Source: Eledone cirrhosa (taxonomy: Eukaryota). From it: a stretch of 64,000 bases of DNA. Location: assembly GCA_964016885.1 (NCBI GenBank), contig OZ024743.1, positions 4,402,001-4,466,000 of the forward strand, in the 5' to 3' direction. Of the stretch, positions 13,870-26,521 are shown in pieces. The notes beneath the pieces are model-generated. The model was not told the DNA's origin and did no database searches. It was given only the letters and a program-made list of their open reading frames with translations. How positions within the stretch are numbered: the stretch's first letter is position 1; every line of letters starts with the position of its first letter. The translations under genes and the position numbers were made by a program.

Positions 13870-14545
13870 TGGCGAAGTCTTTCAAATCAGGATTTAGACA
13901 CCATGGCCCACTCAAGAAGGGAGTTATTGTTTGCGGAGAATGTCCTGGTGTAGGAGGTTTATCCAGGATTTCTTGAAGGAATTTGTCCAAAGACTTCTTA
14001 AATTTCTTAAACTTTATGGGGTCTGCTTCTGTTTTAATGTGTTTTGGTGAAATATTAAAGAGAGCGGAGCTAATTGAGGTGAAATAATTGTGCCGTGTTA
14101 TGAAATGCGAATTTGATTTTTGTTGTGAACGAATAGTAAGGAGCCCAAGCCTTGGGTCTACTTTAAAGGTGATGCCAACATCATTTGGACAATACTGATG
14201 GAATATTTTCCACATCATGGATAATGTAGCGATGACGGTGGCGTTGGAGATAATAAAGGCTTGAGCTCTTCTAGTCGACTCCATAGTCAAGTTCTGACAT
14301 GCTATCTATCTTTTTCGTGATTGACGTTTGAGGAGCTTAAATTTTCATGATACTTTGTTTCGTGTAGGGAGACCACAGTGGACAACAGTATTCAAGGTGG
14401 GGTCGGGCCAAAGTGGAGAAGAGAAAGATAACAGTGTGGATATCTCTCGACTGGAAGGTTCTGAGAATCCAGGAACACATTCTGCGCGCCATGTCAACTA
14501 TGCTGTTTATATGAGTGGCCCAGCTTATGTTGTTCTCCACAATTA
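13870..14545 (-). mobile_element. CR1-group LINE 3' fragment
   Basis: Translations ARRMCSWILRTF...TLARPHLEYCCPLWSPY and FKKSLDKFLQEILDKP are typical post-RT CR1/L2-group sequence; frameshifted. Confidence 0.8.
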
Positions 14546-16037
14546 TATATTGTCCTTTAACATTTACAGATATACAAACAAAGTGCATTTCTCATTTCAA
14601 TCATGTTGCTAAACTAAGAAGTTCACTTTCCAATCACAAAGACCTGTGTTCTAACCCAACATTTCTCCCTGTAAATTCTTATTTCTCCAAACTTTCTCAT
14701 ACATCTAATCTTCTCCGACATTTGTACATATATGTAGGATATTTGTGTAAGCATATCCTAAATATAAATGATTATAATATCATTCTTATCTTTCATCACT
14801 TCTACTTGTATTAATCAACATAACCTAGTGTTTCTTTTATACAAACTTTTAATTTATCAAAACGCAACTTTCCCAGTTTGTAGGATAGTTCGTATATCCA
14901 TAAACTCTGACATATGAGATGGTATACTAATTCTAGATTCCAAGCTTTTAATAACTGAGGTGAATGTGAGAGAGTTTAAGGTATGTTTATGTATAATAAA
15001 CCTACATGGGTCTTACTATGAATTTTTTAAGCTGCGATCACAGCTATTCCAGTAGCGCTGTGAGAACGCCAGACGCGTGTTTCTAAATTTTTTACGGACA
15101 TCGGTGAATTTTACTCACGCGGGACTGAAACAAGTATACGCTATTGACTATATACTTTTTGCGCATAACTTATTTGCATATAGTACAATCTTGACCGGCA
15201 AGGAATAACTAGTAGTTGCACTATGATAGCGTGATTCATAATAGTGATGTATATGAGGGCATATCCGATATGTGTATGTATAATAAACTATCTTGTGTAT
15301 CGCTATGAATATTTTAGATCATATTGTCTCAGCGCCGAGTGAGTTAACGTTACTGATGAGATTAAAAATCCCGAAGCAGATTTCTGACGTTCCCACACGA
15401 TTACTGAGATAACAGCGATATGATCAATGCTTAAAACTTCCCTAGTAAGTCTCATTGATATATATTATACATAAATATATTGCGTATGCCTTCATATATA
15501 ATTCTATTATATATATGTGTTTGAGTTTGTGTTTGTATGTGGAAGGCGTTGCTTCTATTTCTCGCCAAAACCATTTCTTATTGCGTGTTTGTTTCTCTAC
15601 CATAGGCCCTTAGATCACTACTTGCAATTTCAGTCTTGCAGTAAATGTGCCTGTCTTTGAGTGTAAAGGATATTGCAACAGTGTTGGTTTGGTCCTGGTG
15701 AAAATGCATGCTTATAAGTGATTCTTGCTTGTGTCCTGACAGATGATCTCTCACTCTCAAGAATGGCTTTTGAAAGTGTAATACGATCGTGAGTAGTTCA
15801 GCCACTCTACTGCGTGGAAACAGCCTGCAGTTTTCTGGAACTGCATATTACTATCTGATGGCCAATTCGATTTTTCCCAAATTGCAGGCTCTTATTGCCG
15901 ATCACAAGCTCGCATTCTATTCAGTACAAAATGTTCCCAACTATAACAACTAATATTCAAATCCTGCACGTGGTCTCCGCTCATACGCGGAATGCTTTTT
16001 TTCCTTTTTGTTTGTCCCTAGCACTCTTAAACTGCCA

Positions 16038-16039
<2 letters not shown>

Positions 16040-16095
<56 letters not shown>

Positions 16096-16158
16096 CTCTC
16101 CCTCTCTCTCTCTCTCTCCCTCTCCCTCTCCCTCTCTCTCTTTCTCTCTCTCTCTCTG

Positions 16159-16213
<55 letters not shown>

Positions 16214-16249
16214 TACACACTCACACTCACACACACACACACACACACA

Positions 16250-16296
<47 letters not shown>

Positions 16297-16354
16297 TCTC
16301 TCTTTCTCTCTCTATCTCCCTCTCTCTCTCTCTCACACACACATACACACTCAA

Positions 16355-16430
<76 letters not shown>
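16040..16430. repeat. Compound (CA)n/(CT)n microsatellite
   Basis: Direct reading. Confidence 0.97.
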
Positions 16431-16679
16431 GAGGTAAATTAATTTTACAATAAGTTCAATGTTATAAACAAATGTATATTTCCTATCACCGACCATCTAA
16501 ATAAGCATTCAAAATATTTATATTAATCAACGAAATATGTGTTGCTCAATTATTTCAGCCAGATTAATAAAACCAATATTTACTTAAAATGCACGTTATT
16601 GTACATATTTCTTGTACATCTGTTACAATGAAACTGTACAGTGTTTCCTTGTAACAGATGTATCTAAATATTGTTAACT

Positions 16680-17340
16680 TATTTCTGAATGTTTTTCCGG
16701 TAATCGATTTCGATATTTGAAAATGGAAAAGCATCAGCTAAATCTTTAGTTGTTAAAATGCATTGCAGTGCCGCATTCTCACCATGATTATTATTTCGAT
16801 TTCCATTAGTACAGTGCTTTTCCATTTCCAAAAGATCAGCATTAAATATTTCTTTATCATGTGATTCAAGTAATTCCACTACTTCTTTATTAATTTTAAT
16901 AAATCCAACATTATATCAACATTATCCACGTTAATATTTATATTCTGGATCCTCAAAATCCAGGAAATCTGCAGTTTAGCATGGTTATCTTAATAACAAT
17001 AAGACTTATTGTGGTTGCATTTATGATATAGTAAACACTACGAATATTCTTTTTACGATTGATTTAGATTCACAACCTAAAAGCCTTAATATATTGCTTA
17101 AAAGTAGGGTTTGAAAGTAGCAATATCTCTCTGGGCTATATCTTGAATCATGCTGGTTGTTTTGGGAGGCAGAAGAGCTGTCTGAATATAATTCATCAAA
17201 TAATCCATGCAAGGCAAGATCGTTATACTGTCCATATGATTCCAGATTCTACTTTCAAGCATCTCAGCCTGAGAATATTCTTTGACAGCTGCTTAGAAAC
17301 ATGAAGGAAACCAAATTTGGAACAATATTCTGCGGATCTA
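16680..17340 (-). mobile_element. Highly decayed Tigger/pogo-like transposase relic
   Basis: Fragments IWFPSCF*AAVKEY (~17280-17325) and ELLESHDKEIFNADLLEMEK...LTTKDLADAF resemble Tigger DDE and C-terminal segments. Confidence 0.5.
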
Positions 17341-17857
17341 CGACTTTTTATTGAATTGCCGCATAAAAGTAAGACGAGATTTAAAGTAGCCTTTTATAAC
17401 TATCGGTGCTTCAGAATAATACACAATCAGCAGCTTGAGCTTCATATATCCTGAAGTATTATCATAAAGTAGAAGAATCTTAGGATGTGTGACAGAACTG
17501 AATCCTGGATCTCTGCCAATCTTTGAGATATTTCGTTGATAAATAGAAACATTGTTTCAAGATAGATAAATGTGTGCGCTTACTATATAGATTAACTTAT
17601 TCAATATTACTTTTTGGTTGAATCCAGCTGTCCGTTGCCATGATGGAGTACTGCAGTATATACATTGATCGTTGAATAAATGTATATTCAACATAATCAT
17701 TCAATAAATAGAATGGCGTGTTTCCCCCCAAACCATTAAAATATGTTTCTATCGAGGGCTTTTCAGAAAACTTACTTATTATAACTAAACGACTTCAAAC
17801 TTCATTCGAGAACAAGTTTGTATACGATTTGAACATAAGTATGACTACTAGCCCTTG

Positions 17858-17938
<81 letters not shown>

Positions 17939-18029
17939 TATATATGTATATATAATTATTTGTGGGGGGGGGGGCTGCACGCATGTTTGTGTGTACGTGT
18001 GTGTGTATGTATTATAAAGAAAATAGATG

Positions 18030-18183
18030 ATTTTTATGTATACATCCTCTCTTTATGATATAATCCTGCTATGCGCATCTCTAAAACAATGATTATTACG
18101 CAACGTGTGTGATGTCTTCGAAATGCGCATAACAGGATTATATAATAAACACAGGATCTATACATAAAACCGTCCCTCTTCTT

Positions 18184-18190
<7 letters not shown>
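18030..18190. repeat. Small fold-back module containing the 3' half of a hammerhead
   Basis: Arms ~18032-18080 and ~18123-18169. c GAAA tgcgca TA acagg gives palindromic stem III ATGCGCAT. Confidence 0.7.
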
Positions 18191-18234
<44 letters not shown>

Positions 18235-18242
<8 letters not shown>

Positions 18243-18358
18243 TCATGTATACATCACTATTTCAGAGCACCAATCCTAATACCAAATGTACTATATATAT
18301 ATATATATAGTACATTTGGTATTAGGATTGGTGCTCTGAAATAGTGATGTATACATGA

Positions 18359-18429
<71 letters not shown>

Positions 18430-18473
18430 TTCATGTATACATCGCTATTTGAGAGCACCAATCCTTATACCAT
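18235..18473. repeat. Perfect palindrome centred on (TA)n plus a third, diverged direct copy
   Basis: 18235-18293 is mirrored at 18310-18366. A related copy lies at 18425-18473. Confidence 0.9.
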
Positions 18474-18478
18474 ATATA

Positions 18479-18527
<49 letters not shown>

Positions 18528-18626
18528 ATAATAATAAATGTGAGGACTAAAATCTAAAGAGGGCTCGATAGGGATAAATATATATCAAATATATAAGAAC
18601 CCTTATAGAGAGATATATAGATATAG

Positions 18627-18718
18627 GTGGATTGGCAGAATCGGTAGAACGTCGGACACCATGCTTTGGTTCCCTTTTCCCAAACATTTCTGGCCTTGTA
18701 CCTATATCAGAAATCATT
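18627..18718 (+). mobile_element. Internally deleted SINE
   Basis: Head ggtggattggcagaatcggtagaacgtcggacaccatgc joined to tail ttctggccttgtacctatatcagaaatcatta. Confidence 0.7.
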
Positions 18719-18734
18719 ATATATATATAGGTGT

Positions 18735-18925
18735 TAGCGTTGAACACCCTGTCTAAAACCACCCTTCAGGGCACAACTTAGAAAGGACGAAGAAAAGGAG
18801 TCATAGAAGGTTCTGGTCCGGCAACATTAAAAATTGGACAGGTCATAACCATGAGGGAGAATAGAAACCAGTGGCGACGGCTGCAGAAGCGTCTGAAGTG
18901 GCACCCTAATGACTGACTACCAGTT
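18735..18925 (+). mobile_element. RTE-like LINE 3' fragment
   Basis: Degenerate LSKTTLQG...GRRKG...NIKNWTG...RNQWRRL, typical of the RTE C-terminus. Confidence 0.55.
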
Positions 18926-20009
18926 GCTGGTATTTGCTTGAAGGGCGGCTTGATTTCCTTTGATTTACTCCATCATGTCTGTCTGTCGAGTGTATGTAGT
19001 ATGTGCAAGCGTGTGTGTTCGTATGTTTACTTGCATATGTGTGCATTTTGTATAATGCTACTCCCTTTAGTTTCTGTGATTGCCATGTGCATGCGTGCAT
19101 GAATGTCCGTGTTTATGTGCATGTGTGCATGGATTTATGACCCCTCCCCCGGTTTGTATGCGTATGTGTATCTGTCTGTATTTGCATACGTGGTGTATTT
19201 GTATTTGTGTAAATTCTGGTACATATTCCACCAGATTTCGTGTATTTTTACTTATCTAGGAGCATGTGAATGTACTCATTCGCATCTTTACAACTGCTCC
19301 TCTGTTTGTTTAGGTTTGTGGTCGAAAGTGCATATATGTATGTATGTCCTTAGCAACACATGTTAAATTAATGTGTGAATGTATGTCAATGCTGCAGTAT
19401 ATATATATATAAACTTGTGTTTATAAGTTTGTATAAATGCCGTAGCAGTGTTTATATGGAGATGTCTTCTATAGATATATTAAGTTTGCTAATCCTTTGT
19501 TTATCATGTAGAACTGCCTGTATTTTCTGCGCCAAAACTGCATGTCTTGCAACACAGTATAGTCCTGTGGTTGGCAAAGACATTGTATATATATTGAACG
19601 ATGCATCTGTTGATAGTGCCTAGTCTTTCGACTAACTACAATTTCATCACTGGTGATCTAGGACAAAACAAGAATGAAAATTATACTAAAATTAACTCGT
19701 GATGATATCACGTTGAAAATATCAATAAATTTAAACAACCATATTAATAGTTGAATAGAGGAGCTGGTGTGGTTTAACAGATACTGTTAAGATACAACTT
19801 TATTTCGTTTCTTCTATTTACATTCTAAGCTTGAATTTCGTCTCCATACACTTTACGTATCATCTGTTCCACAAAATTTACAAAGGTAAAATATCTGTAC
19901 TATGTTTTATATAGATTTGAAGATAATTTGTCACGGTCACAACCTATTCAAATATTTGACATTTTTCTGAACAGATTCGTGGATTTCTTCTTTCTAAGGC
20001 AGTTTATCT

Positions 20010-20655
20010 ATTTTCTTTGGCAAAACGAAATTGGAGAAAAATTGCAGTTAATATTGTTTTTGTTAAGGGTGTTAGTGGTTATGACAAGAATACTGAGTTC
20101 CTGAATACGGTGATAACTGGAAATGAGATATGGTGGAAACTAAAGCTGTCTAATCGGAGTGGAAGCTTCTAATGTTGTCAAGGCCAAAACAAAAATCAGT
20201 GATATACACTAGAATGACAACCAGTTACAAAGGAGTATTAACCTGAATTTATCCAGCCTTGTTGTTTCGCAGTTCGGAACAAGGGACCAGATCTATGGCC
20301 CTTGCAAAACAGGTAGTTGCATCATGAGACCGCCAGCACATTTGTCGCAGCTGATCAATGGTATTTTTTACAACGAATAGCTCCTTCTGACTTCTTTGTT
20401 TTCTCAAAAATGGAGATGCCACTGAAAGGTTCCCACTTTGAGAGCCGAGAGGACATCATGCGGAATTAGTAGACGAAGCTGAGAGCCATTCTAGAAGAAG
20501 CATTTGAGACGTGTTTTGAACAGTGGTAAGTTCGCTAGTATGGAGGCACAAATGGGCAAATTCGAGGCGGATTAGCAAAATGAACACCACTAAATATGTT
20601 TGTTTTTTTTTCCTCCAGTCTAACGTAGGACACTTTTTTGACATACTTTCTGTAT
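20010..20655 (+). mobile_element. Decayed mariner-family transposon
   Basis: Fragments FLNTVITGNEIW, LHHE.A and APSDFFVFSKMEMPLKGSHFESREDI...AFETCFEQW match mariner ITGDETW, LHHDNA and LAPSDF.LF..LK motifs. Confidence 0.75.
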
Positions 20656-21299
20656 GTACATTTATAAGCATGTAGAAATTTGAGGTATGGAAGGGATAGT
20701 AGATTAATTTGACTTTAGTATTTAACGGTTACATTGACGTGTGTGAGATTTCGAACCACAATGTAAAGAGCTAGAACAAATACCGCAAGTTATTTTATCG
20801 ACCACTTTATGGATTTTATTAATCTACAAAGCAATTAAAACTGATATTTTACACCGTCCTTATTCCGTGTTTTACGTTATTGCTTCGACAAAACAACCCA
20901 TAAGTGTCCGTATTAAAATGACGCAAGCTCCGTGAAACAATCATATAAAATTTCATTTTGAATTACTTCATTTCTGAATAACTCTACTTTGGGTATTGAT
21001 CATGCATCTTATGTTTGTTTATATATCAAAACAATAAAAGTTAATCTAGTATCAATTACTTTGTGCTGGATTTGAATGGTAATTTGAGCATGTCCGGGCT
21101 TTGACGTCATCCTCCTTACCTCCCTATCACACATAATATTAAATTAATGGCCAATAGTAGAGCAACAACCATATGTAGGTACCTACATATGTATCTGTCT
21201 CTCTTCGGACATTATAAAAAAAACCATCTATCTAGCTGTCTTTCAGCTTGTTTGTCTAGGATGTCTGTCTGCCTGTTAAATGCATCGGCCTGTTTATGT

Positions 21300-22893
21300 A
21301 TCTGACGTAACAGTAATGGTATCGACCGACTCGGAGATCGAGGCGATCGGTACCTTACTGGAGGATTACGAAAGGTTGTCAGGAGCGAAACTGAACCGGG
21401 AAAAATCCATCGGGCTGCAACTCGGAACGTGGAGAGGCAGACCGATGCCTCCCGACGGTGTCGTCAGACACTGGACGGATGGCCCGGTGAAGTTGCTTGG
21501 GGTCTGGTTTGGACCGGACCTCCAGGTGGAAAAGAACTGGGACGAGGTTACGAACAAGGTGTTTGCACTAACCCAGAAATGGGCCAAGTGCAAACTGTCC
21601 CTAAAAGGCCGGGCGGAGGTGGCGAACATTTACATAGCGTCCGTCACTTACTACCGCCTGACTGTCGTGCCTTGCCCTAAGGAAACACTCACCACCATGG
21701 AACGCATGCTCTTCCAATTTCTTTGGAAGAAGCGCCCTCCTATGGTGAGAAGATCCATCTGCTGCCAACAACCTTCGAAAGGAGGGCTGGGGATGCCGTG
21801 GTTGATGATGCGTAGGCACGCATTAAGGCTACGGCACCTACAGGTATTCCTCACTGGTCAACCGGTGTGGGCTCCGTTCGTGAAACGAGCCTTTCCGAGA
21901 CTCGTCTCGCTCACTGAGCTGCAGTCCTGGGTCAAGCAAAGATCCGGAAAACTGGGAGACTGGCACACTGAGTGTGCTCAGGCGCTCAGGGCTCTCTGGC
22001 AAGCGGGCCAGGCCATCGGTGGAGAATCCACCTCATCATTCTATAGAGGGCTGGTGGCTAGCAGGGGCGATGACACCCTTGGAGAGTCGCTGGACATGGA
22101 AGAGGACGAACTGGCCAGCCTGTTCGGTAGGACTTTCGGCCCGGGACCAATGGACAACTTCCAGAAGTCACTAGCCTGGCAGTGCTACCGGGGGGCTCTA
22201 CCCGTTCGAAAGAGGCTCTACAGACACGGGCGCCCGGGCAGGGATCCCTCGAAAAAGATTTGCCCTAGATGCGTGCGTCACGAAGAAACCGTTGCGCACG
22301 CATTGGTGCAATGTCCGGGCGTGGCTGATCTGTGGGGCTACGCCGAACAACTGCTGTCGCAGGTGGCGCCGATTCGATTGACCGCCGAGTCCGTGATGAC
22401 AATCAAACCGCCTCCCCCCTTCACAAAGGAAGCAAAGGCGGTTTTTCTGTGCGTAATAGCCATGTTGAAAGAGGTTATTTGGTGGACACGATTGAAAGGT
22501 CTGAGGTCAGGCAACTTCCTCTCTGGCCATAGTCTGGTCTACTTCTTCCGATATCACTTCGGAAGAAGGATAAGAATGGATGTGAGAGGTGCTTGGCCAC
22601 AGGCAGTTTTATGAAAGGTGGGTGATAGTGGCGAGAATGGCTCGTGTAAATAGGCCTTCTCTGTATACCATCCTGTAGGTAAAGAAGCGAAGGAGAGGGG
22701 AGCACCTTCTCCATGTGCTCCCCGGGCAAAGGATTGCACACTTTTTCGGGGGTGTGTGCAACCCCCATCACGTCCCCTCCCTTTTGAGGTTGTTTTCGAT
22801 TATTTTCATTTTATACCCTTTTTACTCGATTTTATGTAAACTCCCCCTTTGTATTTGTCCCTTCTTGTTATGCCTTTATGGTAAATAAAGAAA
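21300..22893 (+). mobile_element. 5'-truncated Tx1/L1-clade LINE (post-RT region, CCHC zinc knuckle, 3' UTR)
   Basis: ORF 21280-22614 has YERLSGAKLNREKS, KLLGVWF, LSLKGRAEV, KGGLGMP and CPRC-x8-H-x4-C. AATAAA at ~22884. GC-rich relative to flanks. Confidence 0.92.
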
Positions 22894-23099
22894 TATATCT
22901 GTATATGTAGCGATTTGTTATCTGTCTATATATCTATCTATCTATCTATCTACATATCTCTCCCCCCTCCCCTCTCTCTCTCTCTCTACACACACACACA
23001 CGCACACATATATATATGTATGTATGTATATATGTGTGTTTGTGTGTTTAGAGAGGGAGTTATACAGACAAATAATATATTTATATATATATATATATA

Positions 23100-24688
23100 C
23101 AGTGCCCCGCAAAAGTTTACAACACATTAGGAAAAATGCGGTTTTAGGTATTTTTAATAAAGTTAGGGTAATGAAAATTTAACTACCGATAGAACATATA
23201 ATGAGGCATTTAATGATACAATCATAGTTTTAAAAAAATAACAAGGAAATAACTCATGAAGAAAAATCAATATTTTTATAACGCAAAAGTTTACAACACA
23301 TTTATTAAATCATCTCTTAATATTTCGTAGCGTAACCTTTGTTGCTAATTACAGCCTGTAGGGCGTTTGGAGTAGCCTCCTACAAACTTCTTGCATGTTT
23401 CTTGGCTAATATTTATCCATTCTTCACAACAAATTTTCTTTAGTTCAGGGATATTTTGGGGTTTCCTTTTTTGAATTCTCTCCACAAATTTTCGATCGGG
23501 TTAAGATCTGGAGACTGACATGGTGATTTTAGAACATTTATTCCATTCGTACTTAACCAAGATTGTGTTAGCTTTGCAGTATGCTTTGGATTGTTATCTT
23601 GTTGAAAAAACCAACCTGGCTTTAAGCTGAGAGAATGTGCACTTTGATGTAGATTCCTTTGGAAAATACCTCTATAATAAGTGCCACCCATTCTTCCTTC
23701 TATTATTTCAATATTTCCTACTCCTGTGGCACTAAAGCAACCCCAGACCATGATTGATCCACCTCCAAATTTTACAGTTGGAATAGTATTCTTCAGCGAA
23801 TATTCAGTACTTTTGCCATAGCATTTCGACCAAAAAGTTCAATTTTTGTTTCGTCCGACTAAAGTACATCTTCCCAAAATGACGCAGGTTTGATGAGATG
23901 CTCATTTGCAAAGTTTAATCGACGAAGAACGTGTTTCCTCGTAAGAAGTGGTGTTTTCCTTGGAGACCTCGAGAAGATATTATATCGACGAAGTGAACGA
24001 CTAATTGTATCTGTGCTCACTTTTACTCCACTTTCTTCTAGGTCATCCTGAAGATTTTTAAGAGTACACCGGGGTTCGTTGCCAACCTTTCTCGTCAATA
24101 ACCGAGCTGCACGTCCCGTTATCTTTCTAGGACGATCAGAACTAATTAGAGGACAGATGGAATGATGAGATTTCCAGTGACGAATAATTGTACCAACTGA
24201 ACTCAATGGCACATTTAACTGACAAGATATCTTTCTATAACCAACACCATTTGTATGAAGATCTACAATGCGTTTACAGAGGTCTTGATCAATCAGTTTA
24301 TTTTTCCCCATATTGTCCATGTTTACAGGATGGTTGTCAATGTCTACAGGAGGGTTGTCAGACAAATAATGACGTAATGTTTTTAATAGTCCTTAGAAGT
24401 TACCTTAAACCTAATCTAGAACATTCTACTGAATTTTAAATCTGAAAATTTAAGAATTTTCTTGAAAAAAAGCGATAAATATAAAATGTGTTGTAAACTT
24501 TTGCGTTATAAAAATATTGATTTTTTCTTCATGTGTTATTTCCTTCTTATTTTTTTAAAAATATGATTGGATCATTAAATGCCTCATTATATGTTCTATC
24601 AGTAGTTAAATTTTCATTACCCTAACTTTATTAAAAATACCTAAAACTGCTTTTTTCCTAATGTGTTGTAAACTTTTGCGGGGCACTG
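23100..24688 (-). mobile_element. Tc1-family DNA transposon, IR/DR type, full length
   Basis: ~200-bp terminal inverted repeats start cagtgccccgcaaaag, each with an internal direct repeat gcaaaagtttacaacacatt. TA is present on both flanks. Confidence 0.96.
23317..24311 (-). pseudogene. Tc1 transposase, disrupted
   Basis: MGKNK...RPRKIT...RKTPLL...FANEH; stop at W of WSDE; VWGCFS, QQDNNPKH, SPDLNPIENLW, KGYATKY*. Carries a stop, a deletion and frameshifts. Confidence 0.92.
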
Positions 24689-24904
24689 TATATATATATG
24701 ATTTGGTTCAAATGAAACGGTTCTAGACCTGTAGAAGCCATTTCTATATTAAACATTGTATATACTCTACTATGTATTGAGTACCTTAGTTACTGTGGTT
24801 ACCCCCGATTGAACCCGGGATAAACATATATATATACTTATATATATATGATTGCGTATGTGCGTATGTGTATGTGTGTTTGTGTACACATATATAATTT
24901 GTAG

Positions 24905-25289
24905 CTGAAACTATTTGAATTGCCTTTGTGAATTTCACTTGTCGAGTGTTCAAACAGTTGATGTTTTTGTGACACACAAAAACAAGATGGCGTAGGACAG
25001 AACAAAGGAGAGGCACAAAAAACAAAGAAAAGAATCCTCAGTCACTGAAGAGGTCACAGAATGTGTGACGAAAGAACTTAGACAATATATAAACAACAAT
25101 CTGGTTGTGGAACCAACCAACCAACCGGAAATTTATAAATTCCTAAATTTATAAATTTATTATAATAAATTGAAGTGAAAGCAACTGGTGCGTGTGTTTC
25201 TTATTGGCAACATGACCCTCCCAAAGTATAACAATATCGGTTTCAACACACGTTTTCAGATAAAGAATCTTGCTAAACAAATTCAGAAA

Positions 25290-25290
<1 letters not shown>
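24905..25290 (+). mobile_element. Penelope 3'-end fragment with hammerhead
   Basis: Hammerhead at 25041 and terminal motif tggcaacatgaccctcccaaagtataacaatat, related to 12341-12367 and to 63953-63988 (-). Confidence 0.7.
25041..25083 (+). ncRNA. Hammerhead ribozyme-like motif
   Basis: gtca CTGAAGA g gtcaca-gaatg-tgtgac GAAA gaactt agac. Confidence 0.75.
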
Positions 25291-25350
<60 letters not shown>

Positions 25351-25351
<1 letters not shown>

Positions 25352-25630
25352 GATATTAAACAAATGGAAACTATATTTATAAAACCATATTTATTTCGTT
25401 ATATATATTTCTGGGATATCATATTAAAAATATGGTATGCCTTCCTCAGACAAAATACAATACATAAGCTGTTTTATAAATAATTAGTGACATACCTTGT
25501 AATAATGCAACTTCCATTTAAAAAGTTGATTTGTTTAATATCGTAAACCTACTCCAGAAACTGTTGAGTGCTTTTATATCAGTTATAAAATATTTACTCG
25601 TTGTAACCCAACAATCTTAAATAAAACTTT

Positions 25631-25635
<5 letters not shown>
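25351..25635. mobile_element. Rearranged (inverted) Penelope 3'-end module, family of 43090-43362
   Basis: 25351-25529 is the reverse complement of ~43090-43270. 25530-25635 is a direct copy of ~43257-43362. Confidence 0.85.
25394..25455 (-). ncRNA. Type I hammerhead ribozyme motif
   Basis: Minus strand reads ttttgt CTGAGGA a ggcataccatatt ttt aatatgatatcc ca GAAA tatata TA acgaaa. Confidence 0.75.
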
Positions 25636-25665
<30 letters not shown>

Positions 25666-25669
<4 letters not shown>

Positions 25670-25942
25670 AGCAAAGTTGCTTGGATACGTCCATAGGGGG
25701 TATGCCAGTTGGGCACTCTATGTTCCTTCGGAAAACGAAGAATCAGTGATGCATCGGAACACAATTTATTACGTATTACAATTGTTTCTCCGGCGAACAG
25801 CTCGAGGTAAGATCTATTTAGGATTGAACCTGACTCTAGATTCTCAAGTTCCTCAGATACGTCTAGTGGTTTCGAAGCAAATCCTCTTTGGATTTATACG
25901 TAATAAATTGTGTTCCGATGCATTACTGATTCTTCGTTTTCC

Positions 25943-25948
<6 letters not shown>
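25666..25948. repeat. Fold-back module between (TA)n tracts
   Basis: Arms ~25730-25776 and ~25896-25942 are reverse complements. Confidence 0.85.
25772..25861 (-). ncRNA. Hammerhead-like motif with enlarged stem II
   Basis: Minus strand reads cgtat CTGAGGA [~60 nt] GAAA caattg TA atacg. Stem I is perfect and stem III is the palindrome ACAATTGT. Confidence 0.7.
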
Positions 25949-26006
<58 letters not shown>

Positions 26007-26050
26007 GATAACAGGAGGCTGGACTGGTGTAATTCTTTAAAAGGTTTATT

Positions 26051-26108
26051 ATACTATCATCATTTCAGTGACCGGGTTCAGTATGAATCCGGTGACATCA
26101 TCAGGTAT
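26051..26108 (-). ncRNA. Hammerhead motif with the stem III palindrome broken
   Basis: Same as 26229-26286 but reads GAAA tgatga TA. Confidence 0.7.
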
Positions 26109-26228
26109 TCGAAATTTAACAAAGGAATATAATAGACAAAATCCATGGGGCTGAAAAGTAGAGACATTAGGGCAGTCGAACATGTAACAGCTTCTATCCC
26201 GGTCAGCCGCCCCTTTGTTTAATTTCGA

Positions 26229-26286
26229 ATACCTGATGATGTCACCGGATTCATACTGAACCCGGTCACTGAAATGATCATAGTAT
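26229..26286 (+). ncRNA. Type I hammerhead ribozyme motif
   Basis: atac CTGATGA t gtcaccgg attca tac tgaac ccggtcac t GAAA tgatca TA gtat. Confidence 0.88.
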
Positions 26287-26476
26287 AATAAACCTTTTAA
26301 GGATTACACCAGTCCAGCCTCCTGTTATTTTATAATAATTAACTCCGTACTCGCACCACCAACAACACAAATGAAGACGAGTGAGTTGCATTACGCCGAG
26401 TGCTCTCCATAATATTACATCGATGTTGACCATACAAAATGATCAGTTCTATCCAGTGGTGAACCAACAAACCTAA

Positions 26477-26521
<45 letters not shown>

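Larger units (their letters stand above)
26008..26480. mobile_element. Inverted pair of hammerhead-bearing modules between (TA)n tracts
   Basis: 26008-26125 mirrors 26213-26329. The right arm continues to 26480. Confidence 0.88.

Noticed and set aside
14940-15460. Possible MITE with repeated tatgtataataaac...ctatgaa motif
   Set aside because: Termini and target duplication could not be defined.
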